DNA from: Trypanosoma brucei
Lineage: Eukaryota
NCBI GenBank assembly: GCA_000002445.1
Contig: CP000071.1
Location: 1,856,001 to 1,920,000 of the forward strand
DNA length: 64,000 nucleotides
Reading direction: 5' to 3'
The notes below the pieces were generated by a model. That model worked only from the letters and a program-made list of their open reading frames with translations, was not told the DNA's origin and searched no databases. The stretch's first letter is position 1; every line of letters begins with the position of its first letter. This document shows, in pieces, positions 63,778 through 64,000 of this stretch. Position numbers and translations under genes: made by a program.

Positions 63778-64000
63778 GATAAAAACGATTGAGGGAAAGA
63801 GATGAGGGAAATTCGATTATGTTGATAATGATTATGATGACAGTAACGAATATAAGAAGAGGTTTGCATCCACCGGAAACGGTAACACGAATATTTGGAA
63901 CATACCAAAAAAACCACCAAAGGGAAGGAAGCTAAAATATGTAGGAAGACAAGAAACAAACAAAAAAAATCGAATAAATAAAAACAAAAAATCAAAGAAT

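Noticed and set aside
1-64000. Prokaryotic-style novel defence, mobile or operonic system, or a CRISPR array.
   Set aside because: The sequence is eukaryotic (trypanosomatid-like). It has monocistronic-looking intron-poor genes in directional clusters and eukaryotic gene content (CDC20, TFIIH p44, UBC12, SDHA). There are no regularly spaced direct repeats and no transposase, integrase or phage genes.

Overview
This 64-kb window looks like nuclear chromosome core from a trypanosomatid, most likely Trypanosoma brucei. I base that on gene content and order, and I could not run a search to confirm it.

**Layout**
- Intron-poor protein genes lie in long same-strand clusters, separated by AT-rich intergenic DNA.
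- The intergenic DNA carries polypyrimidine tracts (trans-splicing signals), many (TA)n and (CA)n microsatellites, and A/T homopolymers.
- A plus-strand cluster runs from 1 to about 39.3 kb, with about 19 genes plus a tRNA cluster.
- A roughly 3.4-kb ORF-free convergent strand-switch region follows, from about 39.3 to 42.7 kb.
- A minus-strand cluster runs from about 42.7 kb to the end, with 8 genes.

**Genes recognised from their sequence**
- Plus strand, in order:
  - lysophospholipase/acyl-protein thioesterase (5' partial);
  - two tandem membrane-anchored short-chain dehydrogenase paralogues;
  - a poly-Q RRM protein resembling nuclear poly(A)-binding protein;
  - chagasin-type cysteine-peptidase inhibitor (ICP);
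  - two SET-domain proteins, one with a MYND zinc finger;
  - an IBA57/YgfZ/CAF17-family folate-binding Fe-S assembly protein;
  - a 1079-aa N-acylated protein kinase with a B-box zinc finger and leucine-rich repeats;
  - CDC20;
  - a UBC12-like E2;
  - TFIIH p44/SSL1-like;
  - a SpoU/TrmH rRNA methyltransferase;
  - a C2H2 zinc-finger gene.
- Minus strand: SDH flavoprotein, two FAXC/GST-like paralogues, a rhomboid-like protein with a UBA domain, and a fatty acyl-CoA reductase.
- A 5-tRNA cluster sits at 35.99-36.67 kb: Ile(AAU), Leu(UAA), Gln(CUG), Gln(CUG), Ile(AAU). A perfect 126-bp inverted repeat carries the two tRNA-Gln copies.

**Most interesting observations**
1. The RRM gene may be cis-spliced. 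A GTATGT sits exactly where the RRM ends. About 970 bp downstream, a long polypyrimidine tract is followed by its first AG, and an RG/RGG-rich ORF follows in the same frame. Joined, they give a PABPN1-like architecture.
2. An in-frame TAG lies inside a perfectly spaced fourth C2H2 finger of the zinc-finger gene.
3. The tRNA cluster is palindromic.
4. An interstitial (TTAGGG)3.5 repeat with G-quadruplex potential lies just upstream of the tRNA cluster.

There is no prokaryotic-type operon, CRISPR array or defence island. I found no evidence for a bacterial-style novel system.

Track ORF starts often use GTG or TTG. I moved CDS starts to the first in-frame ATG where that was obvious. Coordinates I derived by hand may be off by 1.
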